Below, in pieces: positions 17,100 through 27,034 of a stretch of 41,104 bases of DNA (position 1 is its first letter; each line of letters opens with the position of its first letter). This DNA is from Ardenticatenales bacterium. GTDB taxonomy: Bacteria > Chloroflexota > Anaerolineae > Epilineales > Epilineaceae. Made by a program: the position numbers and the translations under genes. The stretch is taken from assembly GCA_039931375.1 (NCBI GenBank), contig JBDTSC010000002.1:1-41104 (forward strand). Direction: 5' to 3'. A model generated the notes under the pieces. That model was not told the DNA's origin and ran no database searches. It saw nothing but the letters and a program-made list of their open reading frames with translations.

Positions 17100-18851
17100 T
17101 CAAGCGCTCTGCCGCGGCCGGTATTGCAGCGCCTCGGCCACGTGCCGCGTGGCGATGGCCTCCGACGCCTCGAGGTCCGCGATCGTGCGCGCCACCTTGA
17201 GGATGCGATGGAAGGCGCGAGCAGACAGGCCGAGGCGTCGCATGGCGGCCCGCAGCAGCGCCTCGCTCTCCGCGTCGATGCGGCAATCGCGGCGCACTTG
17301 GGACGCGGTCAGCTCCGCGTTGCATCGCGCGCGCGGGTCGCCCAATCGAAACGCGCGGGTCGCCCGCTCCGAAGGTTCGTCCGATCCGCGGCCCGTTGGC
17401 CCGCCCCGCTCCCACGACGCTTCCGGCGCAAGCGGCGTGTCGTCCTGCATCGACGGTGCAAGCGCAAGGGCGTCGTCGGCCCCGATGGATGCGACGAGAG
17501 CGGCGGGGTCCACGAGCGCGACCGGGGGCGGTACGCCGCCGTTAGGGTCCGTCCGGTGCGGTGCGTCCTCGTCGGCCCCGCGCAGCCGGGCGGTCTGTCG
17601 ATCCCGCGCCGCGACGACCCTCGCCCGCACGGCCGACGATGGCTCGCCGCTCGCGCCGCCGAGGAGCTTTTCGTGCGGCACCCGCGGCACCTCGAGGTGG
17701 AGATCGATCCGATCGATCAGCGGCCCGCTGACACGACGACCGTACCGCAGCACGGCCGAGACGGCGCACGTGCACGCGTGGTCGGGGTCGCCGAAGAAGC
17801 CGCACGGGCACGGGTTGCGCGCGGCGACGAGCGTCACGCTGGCCGGGAACACCGCGCTGCCGGCGGCGCGGGCGATCGTCACGCGGCGGTCCTCGATGGG
17901 CTGCCGAAGCCCCTCGAGGACGGCGGCGTCGAACTCCGGCAGCTCGTCGAGGAACAGCACGCCGTGGTGCGCCAGGGAGACCTCGCCAGGCCGCGGCCAC
18001 GAGCCGCCGCCGATCAGGCCGGCGTTCGAGATCGTGTGGTGGGGTGAGCGGAACGGGCGGGCCCGGATCAGCGGCACGTCCGCTGGGAGCAGCCCGGCCA
18101 CGGAGTAGACGGCGGTGACCTCGAGCGATTCCTCGAGCGAGAGCGGCGGCAGGATCGTCGGCAGGCAGCGCGCGAGCATCGTCTTGCCGCCGCCCGGCGG
18201 GCCGGTGAGGGAGAGGTTGTGCCCGCCGGCGGCGGCGATCTCGAGGGCACGGCGGGCGTGCTCCTGCCCGCGCACCTCGCTCAGGTCCGTCAGCGCCGCC
18301 TGCTCGTACGACGACGCGATCGGCGGGATGGGCGGCAGCGGCTTGCCCGTGCGCAGATGGTGCACCAGTTCCTTCAGGCTGTCGGCGGCCACGACGTCGA
18401 GGCCGGGCACGAGCGCCGCCTCGGCCGCGTTGGCCGCGGGGACGATCACGCGGTGGAAACCGTGGCAGCGGGCGGCGACGGCCACGGGCAGGATGCCGTG
18501 GGTCCGGCGTAACCGCCCGTCCAGCGCGACCTCGCCGAACACTAGGGCATCGTCCAGACGGGCCGGGAGCTGATCGCTCGCGGCCAGGATGCCGAGCGCG
18601 ATCGCCAGATCGTAGTGCGGACCGACCTTACGGACGTGCGCGGGCGCCAGGTTGATCGTGATCCGCGCCATCGGAAAGCCGAACCCGGCGTTGCGCAGCG
18701 CGGCGTAGAGGCGATCCTTCGATTCGCGCACCGTCAGATCGGGCAGACCGACCAGCGTGACGTGCGGCAGGCCGTTGTGAATGTCGACCTCGACCTGAAC
18801 CAGCTCTCCCTCGAGCCCCGCCAGGGCGCAGCTCCAAACCCGTGCCAACAT
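17100..18851 (-). CDS. comM: YifB/ComM-family Mg-chelatase-like AAA+ ATPase
   Basis: Start at the internal Met of ORF 17100..18902 (MLARVWSC). Lon-like N-domain, Walker A GPPGGGKT, Walker B LFLDELPEF, Zn motif CPCGFFGDPDHACTC, and C-terminal LSARAFHRILKVARTIADL. Confidence 0.9.
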   Translation of the reverse strand: MLARVWSCALAGLEGELVQVEVDIHNGLPHVTLVGLPDLTVRESKDRLYAALRNAGFGFPMARITINLAPAHVRKVGPHYDLAIALGILAASDQLPARLDDALVFGEVALDGRLRRTHGILPVAVAARCHGFHRVIVPAANAAEAALVPGLDVVAADSLKELVHHLRTGKPLPPIPPIASSYEQAALTDLSEVRGQEHARRALEIAAAGGHNLSLTGPPGGGKTMLARCLPTILPPLSLEESLEVTAVYSVAGLLPADVPLIRARPFRSPHHTISNAGLIGGGSWPRPGEVSLAHHGVLFLDELPEFDAAVLEGLRQPIEDRRVTIARAAGSAVFPASVTLVAARNPCPCGFFGDPDHACTCAVSAVLRYGRRVSGPLIDRIDLHLEVPRVPHEKLLGGASGEPSSAVRARVVAARDRQTARLRGADEDAPHRTDPNGGVPPPVALVDPAALVASIGADDALALAPSMQDDTPLAPEASWERGGPTGRGSDEPSERATRAFRLGDPRARCNAELTASQVRRDCRIDAESEALLRAAMRRLGLSARAFHRILKVARTIADLEASEAIATRHVAEALQYRPRQSA

Positions 18852-19051
18852 CGATCGCCTCCTGTGCCGCCCGCCGGAATCCAGCACGGGGCATGGGCAC
18901 ACCGTACCCGACGAGGCCGTGCGGTGCTACGCGCATGCGGACAGATGCGCGACACGAGGACGACACGGGTCCGACGCTTGCGCCGCCCGCCGATCGGGTA
19001 TACTACCCAGCGCCTGGGTGCCCCGACCCAGCCTCTCGTATGGGTGCGCAC

Positions 19052-20386
19052 ATGACCCTGACCCTGACCGACGCCCCCGTCCGGCCCCCCGCCGCCGCTT
19101 CGCCGGAGCGCGAACGCGTCTACGTTCTGCGCGGCGGTGCGCGGCTCAGCGGAACCGTCCAGATCGGCGGCGCGAAGAACGTCGCCCTCCCGATCCTGGC
19201 CGCGACGCTCCTCACGGCCGACCCGTGCGTCATCGAAAACGTGCCGGACATCGCGGACATCCGCGTTATGCTCGACCTGCTGCGCCACATGGGCGCGACG
19301 ATCGACTTCGATCCGACGGCCGGCCGGGTCACGATCGCGTGCGCCGACATCCGCACCCGAACGACGCCGGACGGCCTGGCGGAGCGGTTCCGCGGCAGCT
19401 TCCTGGTGATGGGCCCGCTGCTCGCCCGGTTCGGCCAAGCCAGCACCGCTCGGCCGGGCGGCTGCAACATCGGCTCACGGCCCGTCGACGTGCACAGCAA
19501 GGGGTTTCGCGCGCTCGGCGCGGAGGTCGCCAACGTCGATCATCGGTTCGCCGCGAGCGGCAAGCTCAAGGGCGCGAGCATCCTGCTGGACGTCCCAAGC
19601 CACACGGGCACCGAGAACATCATCATGGCGGCGGTTCTGGCGGAAGGCCTTACCGTCATCGAGAATGCCAGCATCGAACCCGAAGTGCTCGACCTCGTGG
19701 ACTTCCTCCGCTCGCTGGGCGCCCGGATCGCCTGGACCTCGACGGCCCGTCAGCTCGTGATCCAGGGGGTTCCGCGCCTGCACGGCACGGTGTATCGGCT
19801 GATGCCCGACCGCCTCGAGGCCGGCACGTACCTGCTGGCGGGCGCCATCACGCGCGGCGATGTGACCGTGGAGCGGGTGGTGCCCGATCATCTCCGCTCG
19901 GTGACCTCCAAACTGGTCGAGGCGGGCGCGCGGATCGAGGAACGGGACCACAGCGTACGGGTCATCGTCGACGGCCCGCTGACGGCGGTCGATGTCCACA
20001 CGTACTTCTATCCCGGATTCCCCACCGACCTCCAACAACCGTTCACGGCGCTTCTTACCCAGGCCACGGGCGAGAGCATCGTTCAGGAAACCGTGTTCGA
20101 GGCCCGGATGACGTATGCTTACGAGCTTCAGCGCATGGGCGCTGACGTCCGTGTGAACGGTTCGACGGCGTTCGTCAACGGCCCGTGTCGGCTCCACGGC
20201 ACGACGGTGACCGCGCACGATCTGCGGGCCGGCGCCGCCGTCATGCTGGCGGCCCTGACGGCGGAGGGCGACACGCTGATCCGCGCCGCGCACACGGTGG
20301 AACGCGGCTACAACGGTCTCATCGATAACCTGTGCGCCCTGGGCGCCGTCGGTCACGCCGATTGGCTGGAGACGATCCCCGACTAG
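19052..20386 (+). CDS. murA: UDP-N-acetylglucosamine 1-carboxyvinyltransferase
   Basis: Motifs [23 protein letters not shown] and the active-site loop [15 protein letters not shown] with the catalytic Cys. The ATG at 19052 is used; 19040 is an alternative. The N-terminal extension of about 20 aa is uncertain. Confidence 0.9.
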   Translation: MTLTLTDAPVRPPAAASPERERVYVLRGGARLSGTVQIGGAKNVALPILAATLLTADPCVIENVPDIADIRVMLDLLRHMGATIDFDPTAGRVTIACADIRTRTTPDGLAERFRGSFLVMGPLLARFGQASTARPGGCNIGSRPVDVHSKGFRALGAEVANVDHRFAASGKLKGASILLDVPSHTGTENIIMAAVLAEGLTVIENASIEPEVLDLVDFLRSLGARIAWTSTARQLVIQGVPRLHGTVYRLMPDRLEAGTYLLAGAITRGDVTVERVVPDHLRSVTSKLVEAGARIEERDHSVRVIVDGPLTAVDVHTYFYPGFPTDLQQPFTALLTQATGESIVQETVFEARMTYAYELQRMGADVRVNGSTAFVNGPCRLHGTTVTAHDLRAGAAVMLAALTAEGDTLIRAAHTVERGYNGLIDNLCALGAVGHADWLETIPD

Positions 20387-20453
20387 CGGGCGATCCGTTT
20401 CCGAAGCGTCATCGTGCGGCAACCGAACGTCTGCCAGCGCCTGCGGAGGCATC

Positions 20454-21473
20454 ATGTTCACGCGTCATATCGGCATCGACCTAGGCACCGTGAACGTGCT
20501 CGTTCACGAACGGGGCCGCGGCATCGTCCTCAACGAGCCCTCGATCGTGGCGATCTCCACCGGGGACAACCACGTCATCGCCGTGGGCGATGAGGCGAAG
20601 GCTATGCTGGGCCGAACGCCCGAGACGATCGAGGTCGCCCGTCCGCTCCGCGACGGCGTGATCGCGGATTATGTCGTGACGGAGGCGATGCTCCGCTACT
20701 TCATCACGAAGGTCTGCGGCCGAATGCCGCTCTTCAAGCCGGAGGTCATGATCAGTGTGCCCGTCGGCGTCACGAGCGTGGAGAGCCGTGCGGTCCGGGA
20801 TGCCGCGGAAGCGGCCGGCGCGAAGTCGGCGTTCCTCATCCCCGAGCCGCTCGCCGCGGCAATGGGCGCGGGCCTGCCCGTCGGCACGCCAACCGGCAAC
20901 ATGATCCTGAACATGGGCGGCGGCACGAGCGAGTCGGCCGTCATCGCCATGAACGGCATCGTCGTCGCCAGCTCCGTGCGCGTCGGGGGCAACAAGATCG
21001 ATGAGGCCATCGCCGCGTACGTCAAGCGCCGCTACAACCTGTTGATCGGCGATCGGACGGCGGAGTCGATCAAGGTCGAGATCGGCAGCGCGATCAAGCC
21101 CGATCGAGCGGAGGACGATCGTTCGATGGATGTTCGCGGCCGCGATCAGGTGACGGGGCTGCCCAAGACGATCCCGCTGCGGATGAGCGAGGTGGCCGAA
21201 GCGATCGCCGAGCCGATTCAGGCGATCATCGGGGTCGCGCGCGAAGTGCTCGAGCGCACGCCGCCCGAGCTGGTCAGCGACATCATCGACCGTGGCGTCG
21301 TCATGACCGGCGGCAGCGCCCAGTTGAGAGACTTGGACGTGCTCCTGACCGAGGAGATCGGCGTTCCGTTCTTCGTGGCGGACGATCCGATGGCGTGTGT
21401 CGCATTGGGCGCCGGCCGGGCGTTGGAAGCCTACCCGATCATCCGGCGGACGTTGCCATCGCTCACCCGGTGA
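20454..21473 (+). CDS. mreB: Rod-shape-determining actin homologue MreB
   Basis: Motifs [33 protein letters not shown]-type ([15 protein letters not shown]) and GGGTSE, with GGAGG upstream of the ATG. Confidence 0.9.
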   Translation: MFTRHIGIDLGTVNVLVHERGRGIVLNEPSIVAISTGDNHVIAVGDEAKAMLGRTPETIEVARPLRDGVIADYVVTEAMLRYFITKVCGRMPLFKPEVMISVPVGVTSVESRAVRDAAEAAGAKSAFLIPEPLAAAMGAGLPVGTPTGNMILNMGGGTSESAVIAMNGIVVASSVRVGGNKIDEAIAAYVKRRYNLLIGDRTAESIKVEIGSAIKPDRAEDDRSMDVRGRDQVTGLPKTIPLRMSEVAEAIAEPIQAIIGVAREVLERTPPELVSDIIDRGVVMTGGSAQLRDLDVLLTEEIGVPFFVADDPMACVALGAGRALEAYPIIRRTLPSLTR

Positions 21474-21515
21474 CCAATCGACCCCGTGTGGGCTCGGTGG
21501 ATCGACGCGGCGGCT

Positions 21516-21544
21516 TTGCCAAAGGCGCCGCGACTGCATAGAAT
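21516..21544 (+). promoter_or_regulatory. Candidate sigma-70-type promoter for rpmH-rnpA-yidD-yidC-jag
   Basis: TTGCCA (21516-21521), a 17-nt spacer, then TAGAAT (21539-21544), about 60 nt upstream of the rpmH ATG. Motif match only. Confidence 0.4.
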
Positions 21545-21604
21545 CGCGGATTGCACTTATCGCGGGCGCGGCGCGCCCCACAACGCATGGTGTGAGGGAT
21601 CGAT

Positions 21605-21754
21605 ATGAAGCGGACATGGCAGCCCAATAAGCGCAAGCGGATGACGACCCACGGGTTCCGCAAGCGGATGTCGACACCGGATGGTCGCAACGTCCTGAAG
21701 CGGCGGCGGCTGCACGGGCGCAAGCGCTTGGTCGTCGACGGCCACCACAAGTAG
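21605..21754 (+). CDS. rpmH: 50S ribosomal protein L34
   Basis: Not in the ORF track because it is under 60 aa. My own translation is [49 protein letters not shown], followed by a TAG stop at 21752-21754. This is the canonical L34 sequence, and it sits directly upstream of rnpA. Confidence 0.92.
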   Translation: MKRTWQPNKRKRMTTHGFRKRMSTPDGRNVLKRRRLHGRKRLVVDGHHK

Positions 21755-21773
21755 GCGGGGCGGCTCCCAACGA

Positions 21774-22148
21774 ATGCAGCGCGACGTCCGACTCCGCTCC
21801 GGTGACGATTTCCGGCGTGTTCGGCGGGATGGGCGATCGCGAGCGAACGCCTTGGTGGTGATCGTCGCCGCTCCACGCCCGGATGGTCCGGACCGGCCGA
21901 CGCGTGTCGGCGTGGTGGCGGGCAAGCGCGTGGGCGACGCGGTCGTGCGCAACCGCGCCAAACGCCGCGTGCGAGAGCTGCTGCGCCATCGTTATGGTCA
22001 ACTCAAGGCGGGGTGGGACATCGTGGTGATCGTGCGGGCGACGCTGGTGGGCGCCGACGTGGTGACGCTCGATGGCGCGCTGTGGTCGTTGGTGCGGCGG
22101 CTGGACCTCGTGGTGGATGCCTCGTGCGCCGCATTGCCGTCGGCCTGA
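21774..22148 (+). CDS. rnpA: Ribonuclease P protein component
   Basis: A 124-aa basic protein containing the RNR-type motif [15 protein letters not shown]. It has the conserved position after rpmH. Confidence 0.85.
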   Translation: MQRDVRLRSGDDFRRVRRDGRSRANALVVIVAAPRPDGPDRPTRVGVVAGKRVGDAVVRNRAKRRVRELLRHRYGQLKAGWDIVVIVRATLVGADVVTLDGALWSLVRRLDLVVDASCAALPSA

Positions 22149-22333
22149 TCCGGCTGTACCAGCGCACGGTGAGCCGGGTACTGCCTCCCAGCTGCCGGTT
22201 CACGCCGTCGTGTTCGGAATATGGCGCGCAGGCCATCGCTCGCTATGGCCTGTGGCGAGGTGGATGGCTGACAATGAAGCGGATCGGCCGTTGCCACCCG
22301 TTTCATCCCGGTGGGTTCGACCCCGTGCCCTGA
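22124..22333 (+). CDS. yidD: Membrane protein insertion efficiency factor YidD
   Basis: GTG at 22124 inside ORF 22013..22333. The sequence [31 protein letters not shown] ... [13 protein letters not shown] is canonical YidD. It overlaps the rnpA 3' end. Confidence 0.85.
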   Translation: MRRIAVGLIRLYQRTVSRVLPPSCRFTPSCSEYGAQAIARYGLWRGGWLTMKRIGRCHPFHPGGFDPVP

Positions 22334-22354
22334 GGCACGTGCAGATAGGAACTG

Positions 22355-23245
22355 ATGTTGGTCTATCTCCTCACCAACCCCTTCATCGATCTCTTCGTCC
22401 GCCTCATCGACCTGCTCAACACCACCGTCGCGCGCTTGCCGTTGCCGGACTCGATCTCCTCGTATGCGCTCGCGCTGATCCTGGTCGGCATCGCGGTGAA
22501 GATCATCACGTGGCCGTTGACCGCAGCCCAGATGCGGTCGATGCGGAAGATGCAGGAAGTGCAGCCGCAGCTGCAGGAGATCCAGAAGAAGTACGCCGGC
22601 GACCGCGACAAGCAGGCGCAGGCGCAGATGGAGCTGTTCAAGGCGAACGGCGTCAACCCGCTCGGCGGCTGTTTGCCGATGGTCATCCAGCTGCCCGTGC
22701 TGTTCGGCCTGTATCGGGCGATCTCCCATCTTGGCCCACCGCCCGGCACTGGCGCGCTCATGGGGCAGCGATTCCTCTGGATTCACGACCTCTCGAAGTG
22801 CGAACCCAATCTCAAATACCTGTGCAAGCTGACGCCGGAAGGCCACGTGTTCGGTCTGCCGATTCCGATCCTACTGATCATCATGACCGCCGCACAGCTC
22901 GTCTTCCAGAAGTTCAGCACACCGCCTCAGTCGGGCACCGATCCGCAGGCACAGGCAATGCAGTCGGCATTCAAATGGATGCCGTTGTTGTTTGCCTTCA
23001 TCTTTGCTAGCCTCCCGTCTGGGCTGGTCCTCTACTACACCGTCTTCACGCTCACGAACGTGGTGCAGCAGGTGTGGTCCCGCCGCAACAAGGTCACCAA
23101 TGCGGTGCCGGTGCCTTCCTCCGATGCGACGCCATCCAAGGCTGTCGCACGCGGGACACGGCGCGCCGCTCAACAGGAGAAAAGCGATGAGCGAGCCGAA
23201 GTCAGCAAGCAGTCCCAAGGGCGAAAGCGCACGGGGCGCCGTTGA
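22355..23245 (+). CDS. yidC: Membrane protein insertase YidC (short, monoderm-type, basic C-terminal tail)
   Basis: Motifs LALILVGIAVKIITWPLT, MQEVQPQLQEIQKKY and NPLGGCLPMVIQLPVLFGLY. There is no large periplasmic domain, and the C-tail is Lys/Arg-rich. Confidence 0.9.
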   Translation: MLVYLLTNPFIDLFVRLIDLLNTTVARLPLPDSISSYALALILVGIAVKIITWPLTAAQMRSMRKMQEVQPQLQEIQKKYAGDRDKQAQAQMELFKANGVNPLGGCLPMVIQLPVLFGLYRAISHLGPPPGTGALMGQRFLWIHDLSKCEPNLKYLCKLTPEGHVFGLPIPILLIIMTAAQLVFQKFSTPPQSGTDPQAQAMQSAFKWMPLLFAFIFASLPSGLVLYYTVFTLTNVVQQVWSRRNKVTNAVPVPSSDATPSKAVARGTRRAAQQEKSDERAEVSKQSQGRKRTGRR

Positions 23246-24191
23246 GGTTGCCGCGCGGACCGTCGACGAGGCGATCGCGCGCGGGCTGGTTCGCCTCGGC
23301 GGCCTGAGCCGCACGGAAGTACAGATCGACGTCGTCCGGGAGGGCCGCTCCGGCCTCCTCGGCTTTGGCGCCGAGGAGGCGCTCGTCCGCTTGACGCCAT
23401 TGGGCGCGGGCGCGGGTGCGGCGCCTCGGTCGGACGCGGAGACGGTATCGACCGCCGCGGCGCGCGCCGGCGCCCGCCGCGTTGAGACGCCGCCGGCGCA
23501 GGTCGGCCCCGAATCGCCCGCGGAGGTGGACGCCGCTCCAACGACGCAGCCCGCCGACGAGCGTCGCGGACGCCGTCGGCGCCGATCGCAGGATGACGAG
23601 ACGCCGCCGATGCCCGAGCCGGCCCGTGCGGTGGACGATGCCCCGGCGACGCCGAGCGAGCGCCCGCCCGTGGTCGCTGCGATGCTCGACGGGGAGGATT
23701 CGACCGCGGCGGCGGCGGTCGTCGCCACCGATCTGATCCATCAGATGGGCTATGCCGACGCCACGATCGAGATTCAGGAGTCGCTCCTGCCGGATGGCGA
23801 GGACGACGATATCGGGTCCGCGGTCCTGTGCATTCGCGGCCGCGGCACGGATCGGCTGCTGGGCGACGATGCGGCGGCGCTCAACGCGCTGCAGTTCGTC
23901 ACCCGCCTGATCGTCAGCCGCCGCGCGAACGCGTGGTGCAACGTCCTGCTCGACGTCGACGGCGATCGACGCCGGCGGGTGAAGGAGTTGCTGGCATTGG
24001 CGAACCAGTCGGCTGAACTCGTCGAGTCCGGTGGCAAGCCGGTCTCGCTGCCCCCGATGGGCGCGTACGAACGACGCGTGGTGCATTTGGCGTTGCGCGA
24101 TCATCCGACCGTAGCCACACAGAGCATCGGCGCCGGCACGTACCGCAAGGTCACGGTTCGCGGCCGCGATCAGATGCTGCCCGACCTTTAG
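23187..24191 (+). CDS. jag: Jag/KhpB-type RNA-binding protein (Jag_N, KH and R3H domains)
   Basis: ATG at 23187 within ORF 22992..24191. The Jag_N-like start is VEVAARTVDEAIARGL and the R3H end is MGAYERRVVHLALRDHPTVATQSIG. A long low-complexity insert lies between the domains. The gene overlaps the yidC 3' end by 59 nt, so the start is uncertain. Confidence 0.75.
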   Translation: MSEPKSASSPKGESARGAVEVAARTVDEAIARGLVRLGGLSRTEVQIDVVREGRSGLLGFGAEEALVRLTPLGAGAGAAPRSDAETVSTAAARAGARRVETPPAQVGPESPAEVDAAPTTQPADERRGRRRRRSQDDETPPMPEPARAVDDAPATPSERPPVVAAMLDGEDSTAAAAVVATDLIHQMGYADATIEIQESLLPDGEDDDIGSAVLCIRGRGTDRLLGDDAAALNALQFVTRLIVSRRANAWCNVLLDVDGDRRRRVKELLALANQSAELVESGGKPVSLPPMGAYERRVVHLALRDHPTVATQSIGAGTYRKVTVRGRDQMLPDL

Positions 24192-24273
24192 CCGCGTCGA
24201 GGGTTCAACGCCCGTTTCGTTCCGACCGATTTCGCGCTCCACGCGTGATCGGTTTCTACCAGTCGTTCTCTAC

Positions 24274-24295
24274 CCGCGGGCGGATCCGCCCGCGG
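24274..24295. repeat. 22-bp perfect GC-rich palindrome CCGCGGGCGGATCCGCCCGCGG
   Basis: Read directly from the sequence. It lies 83 nt after the jag stop and 20 nt before the parA ATG, and could be a hairpin terminator or an operator. Confidence 0.6.
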
Positions 24296-24315
24296 CGTAG
24301 TGCAGAGGGGTTTTG

Positions 24316-25107
24316 ATGCACGTTCTGGCCATCGTCAACCAGAAGGGCGGCGTCGGCAAGACGACCACCGCCGTGAACCTTGGCGCATCGCTGGCCCTCG
24401 CCGGCCATCCGACGCTGGTGATCGACGCCGATCCGCAGGCCAACGCGACCCGATCGCTCGATCGCTCCGGCGCCGACCAACACACGCTGTACGACGTCCT
24501 CGTCGATGACGATGTATCGCTCGCCGACGTGATCGTCGAGACGGCGACGCCGGGGCTCTTCGTGGCCCCCTCGTCGACCGGGCTGGCCGGCGCCGAGGTC
24601 GAGTTGGTCGAGGTGGTCGGCCGTGAAGGTCGCCTGCGGCGGGCGCTTGACTTGCTCGGCGACCGCTTCGCCTTCGTGCTGATCGACTGTCCGCCCAGTT
24701 TGAGCCTCCTCTCGGTGAACGCGCTCGTCGCCGCCGAGGGCGTCATCGTGCCGGTACAGTGCGAATACTTGTCGCTCGAGGGTTTGGGCCATCTGAACCG
24801 CACGCTGCAGCTGGTGCAGGCGCGGCTCAACCCACGCCTCCAGATCACCGGGCTGTTGATGACGATGTTCGATCCGCGGACGAACCTGTCGTCCTTGGTG
24901 GTCGAAGAAGTCGGCAAGCACTTCCCGCGCGAACGGTTCACAACCGTAATCCCTCGGTCGATCCGCCTTGGTGAGGCGCCGAGCTACGGCGAGACGATTC
25001 ACCAGTACTCCCCAAACTCGCCCGGAGCCCTCGCCTATCGTGCGTTGGCTGGCGAGCTTGCCCAACGCCTCGGCGTGCCGGTGGCCGGGTCGCTGGTCAG
25101 CGCGTGA
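24316..25107 (+). CDS. parA: Chromosome partitioning ATPase ParA/Soj
   Basis: Deviant Walker A NQKGGVGKTTTAVNLG and the segment LVIDADPQANAT. The ATG at 24316 is used; the track start at 24313 is a TTG. Confidence 0.9.
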   Translation: MHVLAIVNQKGGVGKTTTAVNLGASLALAGHPTLVIDADPQANATRSLDRSGADQHTLYDVLVDDDVSLADVIVETATPGLFVAPSSTGLAGAEVELVEVVGREGRLRRALDLLGDRFAFVLIDCPPSLSLLSVNALVAAEGVIVPVQCEYLSLEGLGHLNRTLQLVQARLNPRLQITGLLMTMFDPRTNLSSLVVEEVGKHFPRERFTTVIPRSIRLGEAPSYGETIHQYSPNSPGALAYRALAGELAQRLGVPVAGSLVSA

Positions 25108-25150
25108 CCTCATCCGCGCCGAATCGCGTGGCTACGACTAAGGATGCGTG

Positions 25151-26071
25151 ATGGCAGCGTCGGCGAAGCGTAGCGGTCTCGGCCGCGGTCTCGATGCATT
25201 GCTCAGCAGCACCGCTCCGCCCGATACCCGCATGGGTGATGGGCCGCCCGCGCTGACGGCGGATGTCGCGATCGCCGACATCCGCCCGAATCCATACCAG
25301 CCTCGCAAGCACTTCGATACGGACGAGCTCGAAGAGCTGGCGGCGTCCATTCGATCCCACGGGTTGATCCAGCCGCTGCTGGTCATGCCGGACAGCGAGG
25401 GATGGTGCCTCATCGCCGGTGAGCGCCGGTGGCGCGCCGCGCAGCTGGCCGGGTTGGCCCGCGTGCCGGTCGTCGTGCGCGAGGCGACGCCGCAGGAGAT
25501 GCTGGCGATCGCGATCATCGAGAACGTCCAGCGGACGAACCTCGACGCCCTCGAGGCCGCGCACGCCTACCGTCAGCTCATGCACGAGTTTGAGTTGACC
25601 CAGGCGGACGTCGCGGATCTCGTCGGCAAGTCGCGCACGGCCGTGGCGAACACGTTGCGCCTGTTGGGCCTAACGCCCGAAGTGCAGTCGCTTCTCACGA
25701 ACGGGCACCTCACCGAGGGGCATGGCCGGGCGCTGTTGGCGCTCACCGATCACGCGGTCCAAGTCGCCACGGCCAAGCGGGCGCTGGTCGACGGCTGGAG
25801 CGTGCGCCGCACGGAGGCCGAGGTGCGGCGGTTGGTCGAACCGATGACGCCGACCGATACGCCGGAGCCGCGCGATGCATCGGCGGACGGCGCACCCGCG
25901 GACGCGGACACGCGGGCCGCGATGAAGGCGCTGGAGGGCGCGCTCGGGACGCGCGTGGAAATCCGACGCCGCGGCGACGCGGGCCAGGTGATCATCCACT
26001 TCTACGCCGAGGAAGAGCTCAGCGCGTTGTACGATCGCTTGATCGCCAGCCAGCAGCGGCGGCGACGATGA
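25151..26071 (+). CDS. parB: Chromosome partitioning protein ParB/Spo0J
   Basis: Motifs GLGRGLDALL and IRPNPYQPRKHFD, the arginine patch IAGERRWRAAQLAG, and an HTH segment. Confidence 0.9.
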   Translation: MAASAKRSGLGRGLDALLSSTAPPDTRMGDGPPALTADVAIADIRPNPYQPRKHFDTDELEELAASIRSHGLIQPLLVMPDSEGWCLIAGERRWRAAQLAGLARVPVVVREATPQEMLAIAIIENVQRTNLDALEAAHAYRQLMHEFELTQADVADLVGKSRTAVANTLRLLGLTPEVQSLLTNGHLTEGHGRALLALTDHAVQVATAKRALVDGWSVRRTEAEVRRLVEPMTPTDTPEPRDASADGAPADADTRAAMKALEGALGTRVEIRRRGDAGQVIIHFYAEEELSALYDRLIASQQRRRR

Positions 26072-27009
26072 CGCGAACATCGGACGACGCCGCCATGGGC
26101 GGGCAGGAACAGCGGACCAGCGCTCGGTCGCTGCCGGCGGCGACTGAGCCGCGCATCTGCGACTACGAGGGCAGCCCGTACCGGAAGGCGTTCTGGGAAA
26201 CGGTGGATCGCCGCTACGAGGACGCCGCCGAGCGGCTGGCCCTGCGGGACCTCCTGCCCGCTTCGGGTGAGCGACTCGTGGAGATCGGCGCCGGGTTCGG
26301 ACGCCTCGTCGACGAGTACCGCGGCTACCGCCAGATCATTCTCGTCGACTATGCCCGGTCGATGCTCGAGGACGCCCAGCAGCGCATCGGACCGGGCGTG
26401 ACGTATGTCTGCGCGGACCTGTATCGGCTTCCGTTCGCCACCGGGGCGTTGGACGCGGCGGTCCAGATCCGCGTCCTTCACCACGTCGAGGCCGTGCCGG
26501 ACGCGATCCGGGAGGCCGCGAGGATACTGGCGCCGGGCGGCTCGTTCATCCTGGAGTTCGCCAACAAGCGCAACGTGAAAGCGATCGCTCGCTGGCTGGT
26601 CCGCCGTTCGGCCGCGAGTCCGTTCGATCGCCGGCCGTTGGAGTTCATCCCGCTGAACTGGAACTTCCACCCAGCATACGTGGAGGATGCGCTCGTCGAC
26701 GCCGGCCTGAACATTCGCCAGCGACGGGCCGTCTCGCTCTTTCGGTTCCCGTTGGCCAAGCGGTTGGCATCGGCTGCCTGGCTGGCCCGCGCCGACCACG
26801 CGATCGGTGGTCTCCTGGGAGGTCTCGCGCCGGCGCCCAGCCAGTTCGTGCGCGCGACCCAGTGGACGGGGCGTCGCTCCGCCGCTCTCTGGCGCTGCCC
26901 AGCCTGCGGCCACGAACCGCTGATCGCCGCGGCGGATGCGGTGCCGTGCCCAGAATGCGGGCGACGATGGCCCATCGAGGGCGGCATCCACATGTTCCGA
27001 TCGTCGTGA
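26068..27009 (+). CDS. Class I SAM-dependent methyltransferase with a C-terminal CPxCG..CPxCG zinc-ribbon
   Basis: ATGA overlap with the parB stop. Motif I LVEIGAGFGRLV, then CADLYRLPF and LAPGGSFILEF, and a C-terminal WRCPACGHEP..VPCPECGRRW. Confidence 0.75.
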   Translation: MTRTSDDAAMGGQEQRTSARSLPAATEPRICDYEGSPYRKAFWETVDRRYEDAAERLALRDLLPASGERLVEIGAGFGRLVDEYRGYRQIILVDYARSMLEDAQQRIGPGVTYVCADLYRLPFATGALDAAVQIRVLHHVEAVPDAIREAARILAPGGSFILEFANKRNVKAIARWLVRRSAASPFDRRPLEFIPLNWNFHPAYVEDALVDAGLNIRQRRAVSLFRFPLAKRLASAAWLARADHAIGGLLGGLAPAPSQFVRATQWTGRRSAALWRCPACGHEPLIAAADAVPCPECGRRWPIEGGIHMFRSS

Positions 27010-27025
27010 TGTTTCACGTGAAACA
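27010..27025. promoter_or_regulatory. parS: parS centromere-like site (perfect palindrome TGTTTCACGTGAAACA)
   Basis: An exact match to the chromosomal parS consensus tGTTtCACGTGAAACa. It begins on the nucleotide after the methyltransferase stop codon, 130 nt upstream of dnaN. Confidence 0.85.
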
Positions 27026-27034
27026 ACCGAGCCA

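Noticed and set aside
17400-17640. An extra segment of about 70 aa in ComM/YifB (583 aa versus about 505 aa typical), considered as a possible inserted domain or intein.
   Set aside because: The segment (PNGGVPPPVALVDPAALVASIGADDALALAPSMQDDTPLAPEASWERGGPTGRGSDEPSE) is low-complexity and lacks intein or domain motifs. It is most simply a lineage-specific disordered linker.
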